A stretch of DNA of 64,000 nucleotides from positions 12,588,001-12,652,000 of the forward strand of contig CM075992.1 of NCBI GenBank assembly GCA_038087875.1. The letters are read 5' to 3'. Of this stretch, positions 24,126 to 37,342 are shown piece after piece. Made by a program: the position numbers and the translations under genes. A model generated the notes under the pieces. The model was not told the DNA's origin and did no database searches. It was given only the letters and a program-made list of their open reading frames with translations. Source of the DNA: Malacoraja senta (lineage: Eukaryota). Numbering within the stretch: the stretch's first letter is position 1; each line of letters opens with the position of its first letter.

Positions 24126-24179
24126 GCCTCCTCTTTAGTGAGCTGATTTAGTGAGAAATTGGCAGTAGAGGACAGTGTC

Positions 24180-27100
24180 TATATTACAATTGTACAAGAT
24201 GTTGGTGTGGCCACATTTGGAGAGTTGTGTTCAGTTTTTGTCAGCATAGGATCAATGTCGTTAAGGTGGAAAGAGTGCACAGAGGATTTACAAGGGTGAT
24301 GCCAGGACTTGGAGGCCTGAGCTATGGAGGGAAGTTAGGCTGGCTCGGATTTAATTCCTTGGAATGCAGGAGGCTGAGGGGTGATCTTATGGAGGTGTAT
24401 AAGATCATGGGGGAAATAGAGGTGAATGCACAGAGTCTTTTCCCCAGAGTAGTGGAATCAAAAACCAGAGGACATCATTTTCAGATTAGAGGGCATTTAA
24501 TAGGAATCTGAAAGGCAACTTTTTCATACAGACAGACGTAGATAAATGGAGCGGACTGGACTGCCAGAGGGGTAGTTGAGGCAGATACTTGAACAACATT
24601 TGAACAAACTTTAGACAGATACCTGGATAGGAAAGGTTTCGAGGGATATGGACCAAACGTGAGCAAGTGAGACAAGTGCAGATAGGGCATCTGGGTCGTC
24701 ATGGGCAAGTTGGGCTGAAGGGCCAGTTTCCATGCTGTACAACTCTACGACTCCATGACTTGAACTGTCCCAAGATCTGTGAGAAACTTTGTTGAACTAC
24801 TTCCATTCTATTGTGAGTGATTCAGAGATGTTTCTATACATCAGCTGAACTACATATATGAAGATATGTGTTGTCCTTCTGCAACATGCTGAATCATAAA
24901 AGGATCTGGTTCAGTACATCTTGTTATTACCTTTTTTCTGCATTCTCAAAGCGATCTGTAAGATTATACAGCAAGTAGCAAGTTTTATTTAGTGTATGGT
25001 TTGGTCCACCCAGGATGATAACATCACTTTCTCCGTCTCTCAAAATAGACCATAGATATAGAGCTGTCAGAGCAGAACTGGTGAAAACCACACGTGCGCA
25101 CAAACCAACTCAGCTGTAGAGATAGAGAAGGCCAATGAGACAAAGTTGTCCTCGCCCATATTGTACTGAACTGTGGTCAGCAGCAGGTGCCTGCTACAAC
25201 CCAGCACAGTTTATGAAAGGACAATGAGCTTCAGAAATGCTGCCTCGCCACTTCCCATCCCTCCTTAAACGTAAGCTCTCTAGTTGTTAAATGCCTGATG
25301 GGAAAACACTGTGCAGGGGTAGCACAGTGACGCAGCGTTAGAGCTGTTGCCTCACAGCGCCGGAAACCCAGGTTCAATCCTGACAACGAGTGCTGTCTCT
25401 GTGGAGTTTGTACGTTCTCCCTGTGACCGCGTGGTGCTCCGGTTTCCATCCACATTCCAAAGACGTTCGTGATTGGCTTCTGTAAATTCCACCTAGTGTG
25501 TAGGATAACATAGGACTAGCGTAGGGATGATCGATGGTCGATGTGGACTCAGTGAGCTGAAGGGCCTGTTCCCATGCCGTTTCTCTAAACTCAAATAAAC
25601 ATTCACTCTATCTACTCCCCATGACTTTATACATCTCTGTAAGATCACCCGTCAGCCTCCTGCGCTCCAAGGATTAAGGTCCTAGCCTGCCCAACTCCCT
25701 CTGTAGCTCTAGAACTTGGGTCCCAACAACATCCTCATAAACCCACTTTGTTATCTTGCGTCAGCTTAATGAAATCATTCCTAAACTGAAGACAATTCCC
25801 AAGTGCAAGTTCACCTTACTAAAATCCATGTAGACAACATCCACCACCCTACCCTTATCGACCACGTTTGTCACCTCCTCATAGGTCAGGGCATTGGGTA
25901 TAAGAGTCAGGAAATCATGGTACAGCTTCATAGGACTTTGGTGAGGCCACATTTGGAATATTGTCTGCATTTCTAGTTGCCCTATTGCAGGAAGGATGTG
26001 GAGGCTTTGGAAAGGGGGCAGAGGAAGTTTACCAGATTGTTGCCAGGATTAGGGGGTATTAGCTACATGGAGATGTTGGACAGACTTGGATTGTTTTCTC
26101 TGGATGCCGAGGCTGCAGGAAAACCTGATGGATGTACATAAAATGATGAGAGGCACAGATAGGGCAGGCAGTCAGAACCTTTTTCCCAGGATGAAAGAAA
26201 TCAAATACTAGAGAGCATAGCTTTAAGGTGAAAGGGCAAAATTTAAAGCAGATCCACTGGGCAACTTTAGTTTTACACAGAGGATGGTTAGTGCCTGGAT
26301 TGCACTGCCAGGGATGGTGGTTGAGGCAGATACAATAGTGGCATTAATGAGGCTTTTGACTAGAGATATGGATATGCAGGGAATGGAGGGATATGGATTA
26401 TGCGCAGATAGATAAGGGATAGTCTTGGCATCATGTTCAGCACAGACATTGTGGAATGAAGGGCCTGTCCTTGTGCTGCACTGATCTGTGTTTTATGAAC
26501 ACTTGGGAGCTTTGAAACTTAATGGACAGTTTGCATAACAGTCAAGGAAGGGCTAAACATCCTATGACGTATGAAGGTAGATAAATCTCCTGGTCCTAAT
26601 CAGATATATACAAGGATACAGTGGGATGCTGAAGATTAAATTGCAAGAGGCCTGGCTAAGATATATAAATCATCATTAGACAAGGGTGAGGTGCCAGAAG
26701 CCTTGAAGGTGAATAATGTTGTGCCACTATTTAAAAAGGGTTGCAAAGAAAAACCTTGGAACTATAGAGCAATGAAGTTAACATCTGTAGTAAGTAAGAT
26801 ACAGGAGAGGCTTTGGAGGGATAAGATGCATTTGGAAAGGTGGGGGATGTTTTTGATTAATTTTTTTTAATGAAATAGCCAAGGTTGAGGGCAGAGTTGT
26901 ATCAATAGTCTCTATGGACTTTAGCAGGGCTTCACTGGAATGTTCGATAACGTGGGATCCAGGGAGAGCCAGCTAACTGGATATAGAATGTGTAAGAAGG
27001 AACTGCAGATGCTGGTTTAAACCGAAGATAGACACAAAAAGCTGGAGTAACTCAGCGGGTCAAACAGCATTTCTGGAAAAAAGGAATAGGTGTCGTTTCG

Positions 27101-28430
27101 TGTGACGTTTCGGTCGAGACCCTATTTCAGACTCGACCCGAAACGTCACCTATTCCTTTTCTCCAGAGATGCTGTTTGACCTGCTAAGTTACTCCAGCCT
27201 TTTGAGTCTAACTGGATATAGAATTGGTTTTGTGGGTATGATCAGGGAGTGTGTGCCACAGGGATCGATGCTGGGCCCATTCTGTTTGTAGTTTATATTA
27301 ACAATTTGTATGAGAATATGCAAGGCATGATTAGTATGTTTGAAGATGCCATTAAAATAGGTGGTATCATATAGTAAATACGGTTGTCAATAATCATCTG
27401 GGTAAGTGGACCAATTGGAGTTTAATTAGGATGAACACATAGTCTTTTATCTAGAATATGGGAATCAAGAACCAGATGACATAGGTTTAAGGTGAGAAGG
27501 GAAACAATCAATAGGAACCTGAGGGCAATTTTTTCCACACAGAGGATGGTGGGTATATGGAACAAGCTGCCCGAGGAGGTAGTTGAGGCAGGAAACATAA
27601 CTACATTTGTATGCCATGGAAGGGAAAGATTTAGAGAAGGGTGAAGTGGCAAAAACAGGAAGGCAGATTATTACCTAAATGGTGTCAAGTTTGGAAAAGG
27701 GAAAGTACAACGGATCTGGGGGTCCTTGTTCATCAGTCACTGAAAGTAAGCATGCAGGTACAGCAGGCAGTGAAGAAAGCGAATGGCATGTTGGCCTTCA
27801 TAACAAGAGGAGTTGAGTATAGGAGCAAAGAGGTCCTTCTGCAGTGGTACAGGGTCCTAGTGAGCCCACGCCTGGCATATATGTGCAGTTTTGGTCTCCA
27901 AATTTGAGAAAGGACATTCTTGCTATTGAGGGAGTGCTGCATAGGTTCACCAGGTTAATTCCTGGGATGGCGGGACTGTCATATGTTGATAGAATGGAGC
28001 ATCTGGGTTTGTATACTCTGGAATTTAGAAGGATGAGAAGGGATCTTATTGAAACATATAAGATTATTCAAGGGTTTGACATGCTAGAGGCAGGAAACAT
28101 GTTCCCGATGTTGGGGGAGCCCAGAACCAGGGGCCACAGTTTAAGAATAAGGGGTAAGACATTTGGAACGGACATAATGAAACACTTTTCCACACAGAGC
28201 GTTGTGAGTCTGTGGAATTCTCTGCCTCAGAGGGCGGTGGAGGCCAGATCTCTGGATAATTTCAAGAGAGAGCTAAGTAGGGCCCTTGAAGATAGCGGAG
28301 TCAGGGGATATGAGGAGAAGGCAGGAATGGGGTACTGATTGTGGATGATCAGCCATGATCACACTGAATGGTGGTGCTGGCTCAAAGGGCCATATGGCCT
28401 ACTCCTGCACCAAATGTCTATTGTCTATTT
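24180..28430. mobile_element. Patchwork of CR1 ORF2/3'UTR fragments, including the right duplication arm
   Basis: Repeated VERVHRGF, RRLRGDL and VRPHLEY-type motifs. (TCTATTG)n tail near 28420. Confidence 0.75.
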
Positions 28431-29774
28431 TCTATTATCACTGGCTCATGGGACTAGTGCAGATGAGGCAAGTTGGTTGGAATATGCTATTGGGCCGAAG
28501 GCCCTGTTTCCATGTTGTATGACTCTATAACTACATGTTAGAGAGCTCTCTGCCATAGAAGAGAATTCAAAAAAGTATTCAACATAGGGAATCTCTTCAA
28601 TCTACTGAGGAACTAAAGACAATGATGAGTTTTCTTTGTGATGCATCAATACACTGGGCCCAGGACAGGCCTTCACAGATTCACACGTCCAGGAAACTGA
28701 AGCTGTTGACTCTTTGTGTAGGAAAGAACTGCAGATGCTGGTTTAAATCGAAGGTAGACACAAAATGCTGGAGTAACTCAGTGGGACAGGCAGCATGTCT
28801 GGCGAGAAGGAATGCGTGAAGTTTCGGATCGAGACCCTTCAGTCTGAAGAACGGTCTCGACCCGAAATGATACCAATCCCTTCTCTCCAGAGATGCTGCC
28901 TGTCCCGCTGAGTTGCTCCAGTATTTTGTGTCTGCTGTTGACTATTTGTCCCGTTAATGAAGACGGGTTCATGGATCCCTAGCTTTCATGAAGTTGACTG
29001 GTTGCGTTATGGACTGGTTCGGCAATTTGAACACCTAGAAAGGAAGGAGAACACAATAATGTTGAACACAGCCTGGTCCATCATGGGTACTGACCTCCCC
29101 ACCATTGAAGTGATCTATAGGAGGCGTTGCCTCAAAGAGGCAGCCAGTATCATCAAGAACCCACACCACCTGGTCACGCTCTCATTTCACTTCCGCCATT
29201 GGGAAAAGGTTTGGGAGTCTGAAACTATGACCTCAGGCTGTTCAGGAACAGCTTCTTCCCAACAACCTTCAGGCATTTGAACACTACAAACTCCAACTAA
29301 ACTACAAACTATGAACTGTCTCGATTGCACCAAGTAATTTCAGTTTTTGTTTTGCACTAATATTGTTTTTTTGTAATTTATTGAACTTTTGTTTATTGTA
29401 TTACCTATGAGTTCTGTGTTTACACAGCTGTTATTGCTGCCATGTAAGAATTTCACAGTAGAAATAAGTGAGTAGACCAGGGGATTGAGCTCACTGACCT
29501 GAGGTGCCCTGTGTTGATGGCCATCGAGGAGCAAGTGTTGTTGCAATCTGGACTGATTGCAATCTGGTGATGAGGAAGTCGTGGATCAATATAAACGACA
29601 AACCTTACAGAACGTCATCCAGCACGGAAACAGACCAACGGAAGTCATAGTGAAAACAGTGAGTGCATTGATGCTGTCTCCAGAATTCAACATAATGGAG
29701 TTGCCACTTTGGAGGGCACCAAACAGAATCCATGCTACTTTAGAAAAGGAGCAAGGGAGATGATAGGAAACTAC
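24865..29774 (+). repeat. Right arm of the inverted segmental duplication (lacks the LTR insertion)
   Basis: 24865-26007 pairs with 15702-16920, 28082-29774 pairs with 11893-13570, and about 27998-28177 pairs directly with 14836-15015. Confidence 0.9.
26990..27207. mobile_element. Palindromic Penelope-pLTR-derived element with 17-bp TSD
   Basis: CTAACTGGATATAGAAT at 26973-26989 and 27208-27224, with an internal hairpin. Confidence 0.85.
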
Positions 29775-29984
29775 AGGCAGTCAGTCTAACTTGAGTGGTC
29801 AGTGAAATGTATCTTCGTACCAATGCATTATCCCTTATATCCCTTATCATTTATCCACACACTGTGAATGGCTCACAGTGTACAGATGCAATTGTAATCA
29901 TGTATTGTCTTTCCGCTGGCTGGTTAGCATGTAACAAAAGCTTCTCACTGTACCTCGGTACACGTGACAATAAACTTAACTGAA

Positions 29985-30135
29985 ACTGCAGTGTACAACC
30001 AACCAAGTGTCCGGGCCCAGTGCACTGATCCAGTGTAATGACCTAGTGTACCGGCCCAGTATACCAACCCAATATACTGACTCAGCGCACAGGCCCAGTA
30101 TATCGACCCAGTGAACCAGCCAGTGTACCACCCTG
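29985..30135 (+). repeat. Degenerate 13-14-bp tandem repeat (CCAGTGTACCGAC-like)
   Basis: About 10 imperfect CAGTG/CAGTA units. A similar array occurs at 23138-23205. Confidence 0.6.
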
Positions 30136-30189
30136 TGCAGCCCAGCTCAGGCTCATTAATCCCTTGTTGTTCTCTTGCATCACATCCAG

Positions 30190-30410
30190 ACTCTTTGTGC
30201 CGTCATCGCTGGATTCCTGCATTATTTCTTCCTGGCCTGTTTTTCCTGGATGCTCCTGGAAGGTGTGCAGCTTTACCTCATGCTGGTGAAAGTCTTCAAT
30301 GCAAAGAGTCTGAGACCAACGTACATGTACTTGTTTGGCTACGGTTGCCCCCTGATTACTGTTGGCATCTCAGCAGCCGTGTTTTCCAAGGGTTATGGAA
30401 CAAAGAAGTA
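30190..30410 (+). CDS. ADGRE5: Adhesion GPCR (ADGRE5/CD97-like) exon, TM3-TM4
   Basis: cag|ACT...TA|gtaagc. Encodes [29 protein letters not shown]...GYGCP...GYGTKK. Confidence 0.9.
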
Positions 30411-30679
30411 GTAAGCACGAAAACTGTAGATTTATTTTGCAGACATTGCACTCAGAGCACATTGAGTTTCTGTGACAGGAATAAACATGGTTGCCGGAGG
30501 AGGCCATTCGACCCCTTGCACCTATTCTAACATTCAGTTGGACCATGACCAACCTACAACCTCAGGACCATTTTTTTGCACTGACCCTATTTTCCCCATA
30601 TCCTTGATATCCATCTCTGTCTGAAAACACTCAGCGACTGAGCCTGCAAAACCCACTTGGGGAGAGGATTGCAAAGGTT

Positions 30680-31065
30680 CTCCACCCACTAAGTGAAGAT
30701 ATTTCTTCCCATCTCCACATGCAGCATGGGAACAGGCCCTTCATCCCATGAGGTCAACCATCAAGCACCCATTTATCCCAATCCTACACTGATCCCTCTT
30801 TCTATTCCCAAAATGTCCATCAACTGCTCCAGATCCCCAAGTCCCATTCCTGTATTGTACTGTTCCATGTTCTATGCTATCATTCATGGGATAATTTACA
30901 GCTACCTATCAACCTACACGTGTTTGGGATGTTGATGGAGACTGCAGCACCCAAAGGGAATTTGCGTGGATTTAGGTGGAACATGCAAACCAACATAGGC
31001 ATCACCCAAAGTTGGGATCAAACCCAGGTCCCTGGAACTGAGGCAACAGTTCCATTAGCCACTCT
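30680..31065 (-). mobile_element. Degenerate tRNA-SINE plus CR1-type tail
   Basis: GGGATCAAACCCAGGTCCCTGG B-box region. Similar to 52930-53143. Confidence 0.5.
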
Positions 31066-33244
31066 AATTATGATCCCTGGTTGCCAGGTGAAACACTATC
31101 CTTGCTTCTATTCTATCCCCATAGAAATTTCACATATTTTAATGGGATTACATCCAACTCTTCTGAACTCTGGAGAGTAGAGGCCCAGTCTGCTGGTCCT
31201 GCTCCAGGCATCAAACTGGTGAACCTTCATTGCAATCAGTACGTCAGAGGTGTTCTCTTCCTTGGATAGGGAAACCCGGCTGATGCACCCACGTATTTGT
31301 GTCTTAGAGTCAGAGATGTGCAGCTCAGAAATGGGACCTTTGGCCCACCATCAAAGGAAACAGAAATCAGTCATGGTTCCTGAGGAATACGAAGAAATCA
31401 GGAAAATACTTGAACAAGAAATTAGGAGGAGTAAAAGAAGTTTGGCAAATAGGGTCGAGGAGAGTTTCCAGGCATTTCGTATGTAAAGAGAAAGGGTTAC
31501 TTGGTAAACGGTAGGTCCACTCCAGGACAAAGGTGGGAATTGATGCCTGAAGCCAGAGAAATGGACAAGGTCCTTAATGTGTACTTAACATTAGCATTCC
31601 CCAAGACGAAGGGCATGGATGATGTTGAGATTCAGGAGGGTGCATTGATATTAGAGTCAGAGGGTCATACAGCAAAGAAACCGGCTCTTCGGCCCAACTA
31701 CCCCATGCCAACCCAGGTGCCCCATCTACACTGGTCCAACCTGTCCATGTTTGGTACATCTCCCCTGTCCATGTACCTGTCCAAATGTCTTTTACATTTT
31801 ATTACAGTACCTGTCTCAACTATACACTCTGGTAGGTGTTGTATGTAACCACCACCTGTGAAAAGTCGCCCCTCAGGTTCTTATTAAATCTTTCCCCTCT
31901 CACCTTAAACAAATGTTGCCTAGTGCTTGATTCTCATACTCTAGATAAACTTTAGATATGCTTTCACCCTACCTATTCCCCTCATGATGTCATACACCTC
32001 CACAAGATCACCCCTCTACCTACTGAGTTTCACGGAATAAAGATCTAGCCTGCTCAACCATTCCCGACAGCTCAGGGACTCGAGTGCCAACACCTCACCA
32101 CACAGGTGAGGTGCCGCAAGGCTGAAGGGTGTGTCTCTATTTAAGAAGGGCTTGAAAGAAGAGAGTATTCTGAGGGATAGGACACTAAACTGGGTGATAT
32201 AATACATAGCGAAGATGTTTATTTAAAAAATGCAGTTGTACAAGACATTGGTACAAGACATTTAGAGTATTGTGTTCAGTTTTCGTCACCTGTTCTCACA
32301 AAAGATCTCCTTTATATTCAGCGTGTGGTGGGTGCCTGGTAATTTGTTCAGGGGAGGTGGTGGAAGCAGATGTGATAGCATGTTTAATGGGCATTGAAAC
32401 AAATACATGAGAAGATAGGGAATGGTGGGATACAGACCATGTGCAGACAGATGGGATTTTTTATGTTTTCATCATGACTGGCACAGAAATGGTGGGATGA
32501 AGGTCTCTTTCAGTGATGTACTGTTCTTTGTTCAATGTTATATGTCTGTGCCAACCTATGCATCCATCTACAATACAAGAATGCCATTTGCCTGCATTAG
32601 TGCTGTATCCATCTAGGCCGTGCCTATTTATTTACTACAAACAAGGTCCCAGCACCTATCCCTATGGTGCAACACTTTATACACACCCAGTCAGAAACAC
32701 CTCATTCACCATTACCCTCTGCATCCTCTCACCAAGCTCAATGTGGCTCCAGTTTATGCCCCAGACAGAGTCAGAGTCATAGGGTGATACAGTGTGGAAT
32801 CAGGCCCTTCGGCCCAACTCCCCTACACCGGCCAACAATGTCCCAGCTACAATAGTCCCACTTGCCTGCGACCTATGTACTGAAGTCTTCTGGATTCTCT
32901 GCACCTTAATCTTCTGGATCAGCCCACCATGTGGGTCTTTGTCAAATGTCTTGCTGAAGTCCATATGGGCAACATCTTCTGTCCTCCTTCATCAATCTCT
33001 GTTGCCTCCTCGAAAACCCCATCACGATTTCCCCACACAAATACATGCTGACCAAACCTAACCATTCCTGCCTTTCCAAATATTTTCTGTCCCTCAGGAA
33101 CTCCCTCCAATATGTTCCCAACCACTGACACAAGGCTCACTCGCATGTACTTATCTGGCTTACCCCTTCTGCCTTAAAACAAAATCTTCTTGCTGTCAAA
33201 GCCTTCCTGACTGCCCCCTGCACCAGCACATAACTTCCAGTGAT

Positions 33245-34190
33245 CTAGAAACATAGAAAATATGTGCAGGAGTAGGCCATTTGGCCCTTCGAGCCAGCAC
33301 CGCCATTCAATATGATCATGGCTGATCATCCAGAATCAGTACCCTGCTTTCTCCCCAAATCCCTTCATTCCATTAGCTCTAAGATCTATATCCAACTCTC
33401 TCTTGAATACATCCAGTGGAATTGGCCTCCACTGCCTTTTGTAGCAGAGAATGCCATGAATTCACAACTCTCTGGAAGAAAAAGTCTTTCCTCATATCAG
33501 TCCTAAATGGCCTACCATCTTTTCTTAAACTGTGACCCCTGGTTCAGGACTCCCCAAACATCGGGAAGATTTTTCCTGCATCTAGCCTGTCCAATCCCTT
33601 AAGAATTTTATATAAGATATCCTCTCATCCTTCTAAATTCCAGTGAATATAAGCCCAGTCGATTCAATCTTTCATCATTGTCAGTCCCGCCATCCCGGAA
33701 ATTAACCTGATGACCTACACTGCACTCCCTCTATAGAATGTCCTTCCTCAAATTAGGAGGCCAAAACTGCACACAATACACCATGGCCCTGTACAACTGC
33801 TGTAGAACCAACTTGCTCCTATACTCAAATCCGCTCGCAATGAAGGCCATCATGCCATTTGCTTTCTTCACTGCCTGCTGTACCTGCATGCTTACTTTCA
33901 GTGACTGATGTACAAGGACACCGAGGTATCGTTGCTCCTCCCCTTCTCCTAATCTGACATCATTCAGTTAATCTGCAGTTTTTCTTGTTTGTGCCAACAA
34001 AGTGGATAACCACACATTTATCCACATTATACTGCATCTGCCATGCATCTGCCCACTCAACCAACCTATCCAAGTCACCCTGCAGCCTCATAGCATCCCC
34101 CTCGCAGGTCACACTGCCACCGAGATTTGTGTCATCCGCAAACTTGGAGATGTTACATTTAATTCCTTTGTCTAAATCGTTGATATATAT
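33245..34190 (-). mobile_element. CR1 3' half with CATAGAAA tail
   Basis: FADDT and VIHF motifs on minus. 3'UTR matches 28300-28430. Confidence 0.85.
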
Positions 34191-34464
34191 TGTATTTTGT
34201 AAATATTGTCTACCAGGGATGAAGCAAGAGCTTTCACCAACAGCCCCAACTTGTTCTCAAAGAAGTCACACGTGGCCTCTCTCCGGCTCAGGGGGAGGTG
34301 AGTTGGGGTGGGATAGGGAGACTGAGAGGCAGATACGAAGGGTGCAGTGGAGATGGATGGGGTAAGGTCACTGAACAATCATCAAGGGAAAGAATATAGC
34401 TAAAATAGATAAAGCCCTTCCCCAGCCACAACTCCCTGCAGCACAAGGACAAAGACCAGAAGGC

Positions 34465-34682
34465 TTGAGGCCCCGACCGCGGGAGAACAAAGAAGGGATG
34501 AGATTGAACTTTGTTTTGCCTTCCATCACAGTGAGGAATGTGGAGGAGTCACTGTGGTGGATGTTTATATTAAAATGTATTTTGACTGTCTTGGTGGTTT
34601 TTATTGGTATGACTGTATGGCAAATCAAATTCCTCGTATGTTGCAAAACATACTTGGCTAATAAAGTATGATAATGATTATG
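34465..34682 (+). mobile_element. Short non-coding retroposon, same family as 1230-1520
   Basis: Shared core and AATAAAGTATGATAATGATTATGA tail. Confidence 0.6.
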
Positions 34683-34828
34683 AAGACCAACAGTGCCAAG
34701 CTGGGTCCACACAGAATTGAGTGAGGTAGCAATGTACCCATGACGGGAATAGTCGATTCCTGCCGAGCCTCAAACATGGCAGGGAGGCCGTCTGAGCAGT
34801 AATGTTACTGGTGTGGGAACATACCTGT

Positions 34829-34853
34829 ACGTGTGTGTGTGTGTGTGTGTGTG
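34829..34853 (+). repeat. (TG)n microsatellite
   Basis: Direct reading. Confidence 0.9.
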
Positions 34854-34912
34854 CAAAGTGTAAACATTTTACAGTGTCATTTGGAAACAACATTTTTTTA
34901 CTCTTTCCCCAG

Positions 34913-34975
34913 TTGTTGGTTGGATCTAAAGCCGGGATTTCTCTGGGCTTTCCTGGCTCCTGTGTGATTATTCTG
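34913..34975 (+). CDS. ADGRE5: ADGRE5-like exon (ECL2 CWL to TM5), apparently frameshifted
   Basis: ctttccccag|T TGT TGG TTG...TTCTG|gtaag. Encodes (Y)CWLDLKPGFLWAFLAPV, then TGA at 34965-34967. Confidence 0.85.
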
Positions 34976-35612
34976 GTAAGTTTGAAAAAATATGAAACAG
35001 AGAATGTCTGTTGAATTCAGGAAAATGTGAGATGATGCGTTTCGGAACCACTAATGAGGATAGGACATCAACCATGAATGGCAGGTCGGAGGAACAGAGG
35101 GGCCTTGGAGCATGGCACAAATCTGGTAAGGTGACAGCTACTGAACTTGCTGTCAGGATAACCTGTGCTGTATTCTTGGGTATTAATATTTAGCAGTATC
35201 GGATTGGATGAAAGTTCTCCATAGAGCAATGGTAAAGATTATGTCTTTATCACTGGTTTTCATGATAAATTTTTAGACAGTCCATAAATATTTGTAGATT
35301 CACAATGCATATGAGAAGATTTGAAGTCATCCACTATGGGCTGATGGAACATATATCTTCATCACTGTCTTTTTGCCCACCTACTGACTTGCGGCTGAGA
35401 GGCATGCACTGCGGACGATCTCTGCAGAGGCACAGATGTGGCACAGGCTGAGGCAAAGTGATGGCAGAGCGTTGTCTGACACACTAGCGAACAAACTGTC
35501 TTTTTAAAAATGATTGTTGAGGATCAATGTAGAGGCAAACATGTCCAAATGTAACTATTTATGCACTGCTAGATCTTTCAATGAAAATGGAAATGAATTA
35601 AAGATAACATCT

Positions 35613-36198
35613 GCTGCAGTTGTATAGGGCCCTAGTGAGACCACACCTGGAGTATTGTGTGCAGTTTTGGTCCCCTAATTTGAGGAAGGACATTCTTGCT
35701 ATTGAGGGAGTGCAGCGTAGGTTCAAAAGGTTAATTCCCGGGATGGCGGGACTGTCGTGCGCTGAGAGAATGGAGCAGCTGGGATTGTATAATCTTGAGT
35801 TTAGAAGGATGAGAGGGTATCAAATTGAAACATATAAGATTATTAAGGGTTTGAACACGCTAGAGGCAGGAAACATGTTCCTGATGTGGGGGAGTCCAGA
35901 ACCAGGGGCCACAGTTTAAGAATAAGGGGTAAGCCATTTTGAACGGAGACGAGGAAACACTTTTTCTCACAGTGAGTTGTGAGTCTGTGGAATTCTCTGC
36001 CTGGAGTTGAGGCCGGTTCTCTGGATACTTTCAAGAGAGAGCTAGACAGGGCTCTTAAAGATAGCGGAGTTAGGGGATATTGGAAGAAGGCAGGAATGTG
36101 GTACTGATTGGGGATGATCAGCCATGATCACATTGAATGGCGGTGTAGGCTCGAAGAGCCGAATGGCCTATTCCTACACCTATTGTCTATTGTCTATT
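35613..36198 (+). mobile_element. CR1 3' end (intronic)
   Basis: YRALVRPHLEYCVQFW and a (CTATTGT)n tail. Confidence 0.9.
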
Positions 36199-36268
36199 AT
36201 CAAGAAAATATTATTTCAATAAACCACTGTCATAATTGGAATAATGTGGCTTTTTCTTTTCTTGGAAG

Positions 36269-36360
36269 GTCAATGGAGGATTTTCTATTATCACTGTGTT
36301 GAAACTGGCTGCAAAGTTTTCAAGTGTCAATCCTGATATGGGCCAGTTGAAGAAAATCAG
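36269..36360 (+). CDS. ADGRE5: ADGRE5-like exon (end of TM5 to ICL3)
   Basis: gaag|GTC AAT...ATC AG|gtgag. Encodes VNGGFSIITVLKLAAKFSSVNPDMGQLKKIR, CD97-like. Confidence 0.88.
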
Positions 36361-37173
36361 GTGAGAAAAACTGGTGTGGCTGCTGGTACCTTCCTTGGTT
36401 GATACGGTATCCAGGTCATGCAAATGGCCAGCACTTGTCCCATTCCCATCCTTTTCCCATTATTCACATGAAGCTGCTGATGCTGACAGGTCTGAGAGTC
36501 ATACCGCATGGAAACAGGCCCTTTGGCCCAACTCGTCCATGCTGACCAACAAGCCCCATCTAAGCCATTCCCGTTTGCTGTTCTGATTTGGGATTCACGC
36601 ACTGATAGCTGGGCCCTTTCCAAACTTTCCAAAAGGGGAAATAACATCAGGCAGATAGAGTGGACCAGATAGAGGGAACTGTTGGCTCCAGGGTCATAGG
36701 TAATGTACCACACGTGGAAGGTCAAGCATGTGAATCACTCAGATGCCATTCCTGTCCTGTTATCTGTCGAGGTTTCTGAATGTGTTTAGGGGATGGGCAT
36801 TCTCTGGTTACACATCAGTGTGAGAAGGAATCAGCTTTGCATTATTCTGTTTGAAACAAACATTTCTCAGCAGAGGCCAACATAATCATTTTTTCTTTTC
36901 CAATAAATCCTTTGACCTTTGTTGTGCCACAAGTCATAGCTCACTTATTGTATCAGCTGACTGGTTAATATCTCTATCGCTGCAGTCTGTGCATTGAAGT
37001 CTCACTGTTTGGTTTGATGGGGATTTCAGGATTTTAACCCAGTCAACACAAATAATTGAGAGAGGATCTAGAAGCAGCAGGAAGTTTATATTACACCTTA
37101 AAGTATGCACTGTAGTGAGTGACACAAAGTAAAGTATTGTCTTGCATTCAGCTTCTTGTGCCTCTTGTTTTAG

Positions 37174-37342
37174 GGTCTTTACCTTCACTGCTGTCGCTCA
37201 ACTCTGCCTCCTGGGATGTACTTGGATATTTGGCATGTTGCACTTCCAGAAGGAAACAATTGTCATGGCCTACATCTTCACTGTGATCAACAGCATGCAA
37301 GGAATGTTCATCTCCATCCTGCACTGCCTCCTTAACAAGCAG
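37174..37342 (+). CDS. ADGRE5: ADGRE5-like exon (TM6-TM7)
   Basis: tttag|G GTC...AAG CAG|gtaag. Encodes [20 protein letters not shown]...[25 protein letters not shown], in phase with the previous exon. Confidence 0.92.

Noticed and set aside
25305..25390. tRNA gene
   Set aside because: A/B boxes run into a SINE body, with no acceptor stem or terminator.
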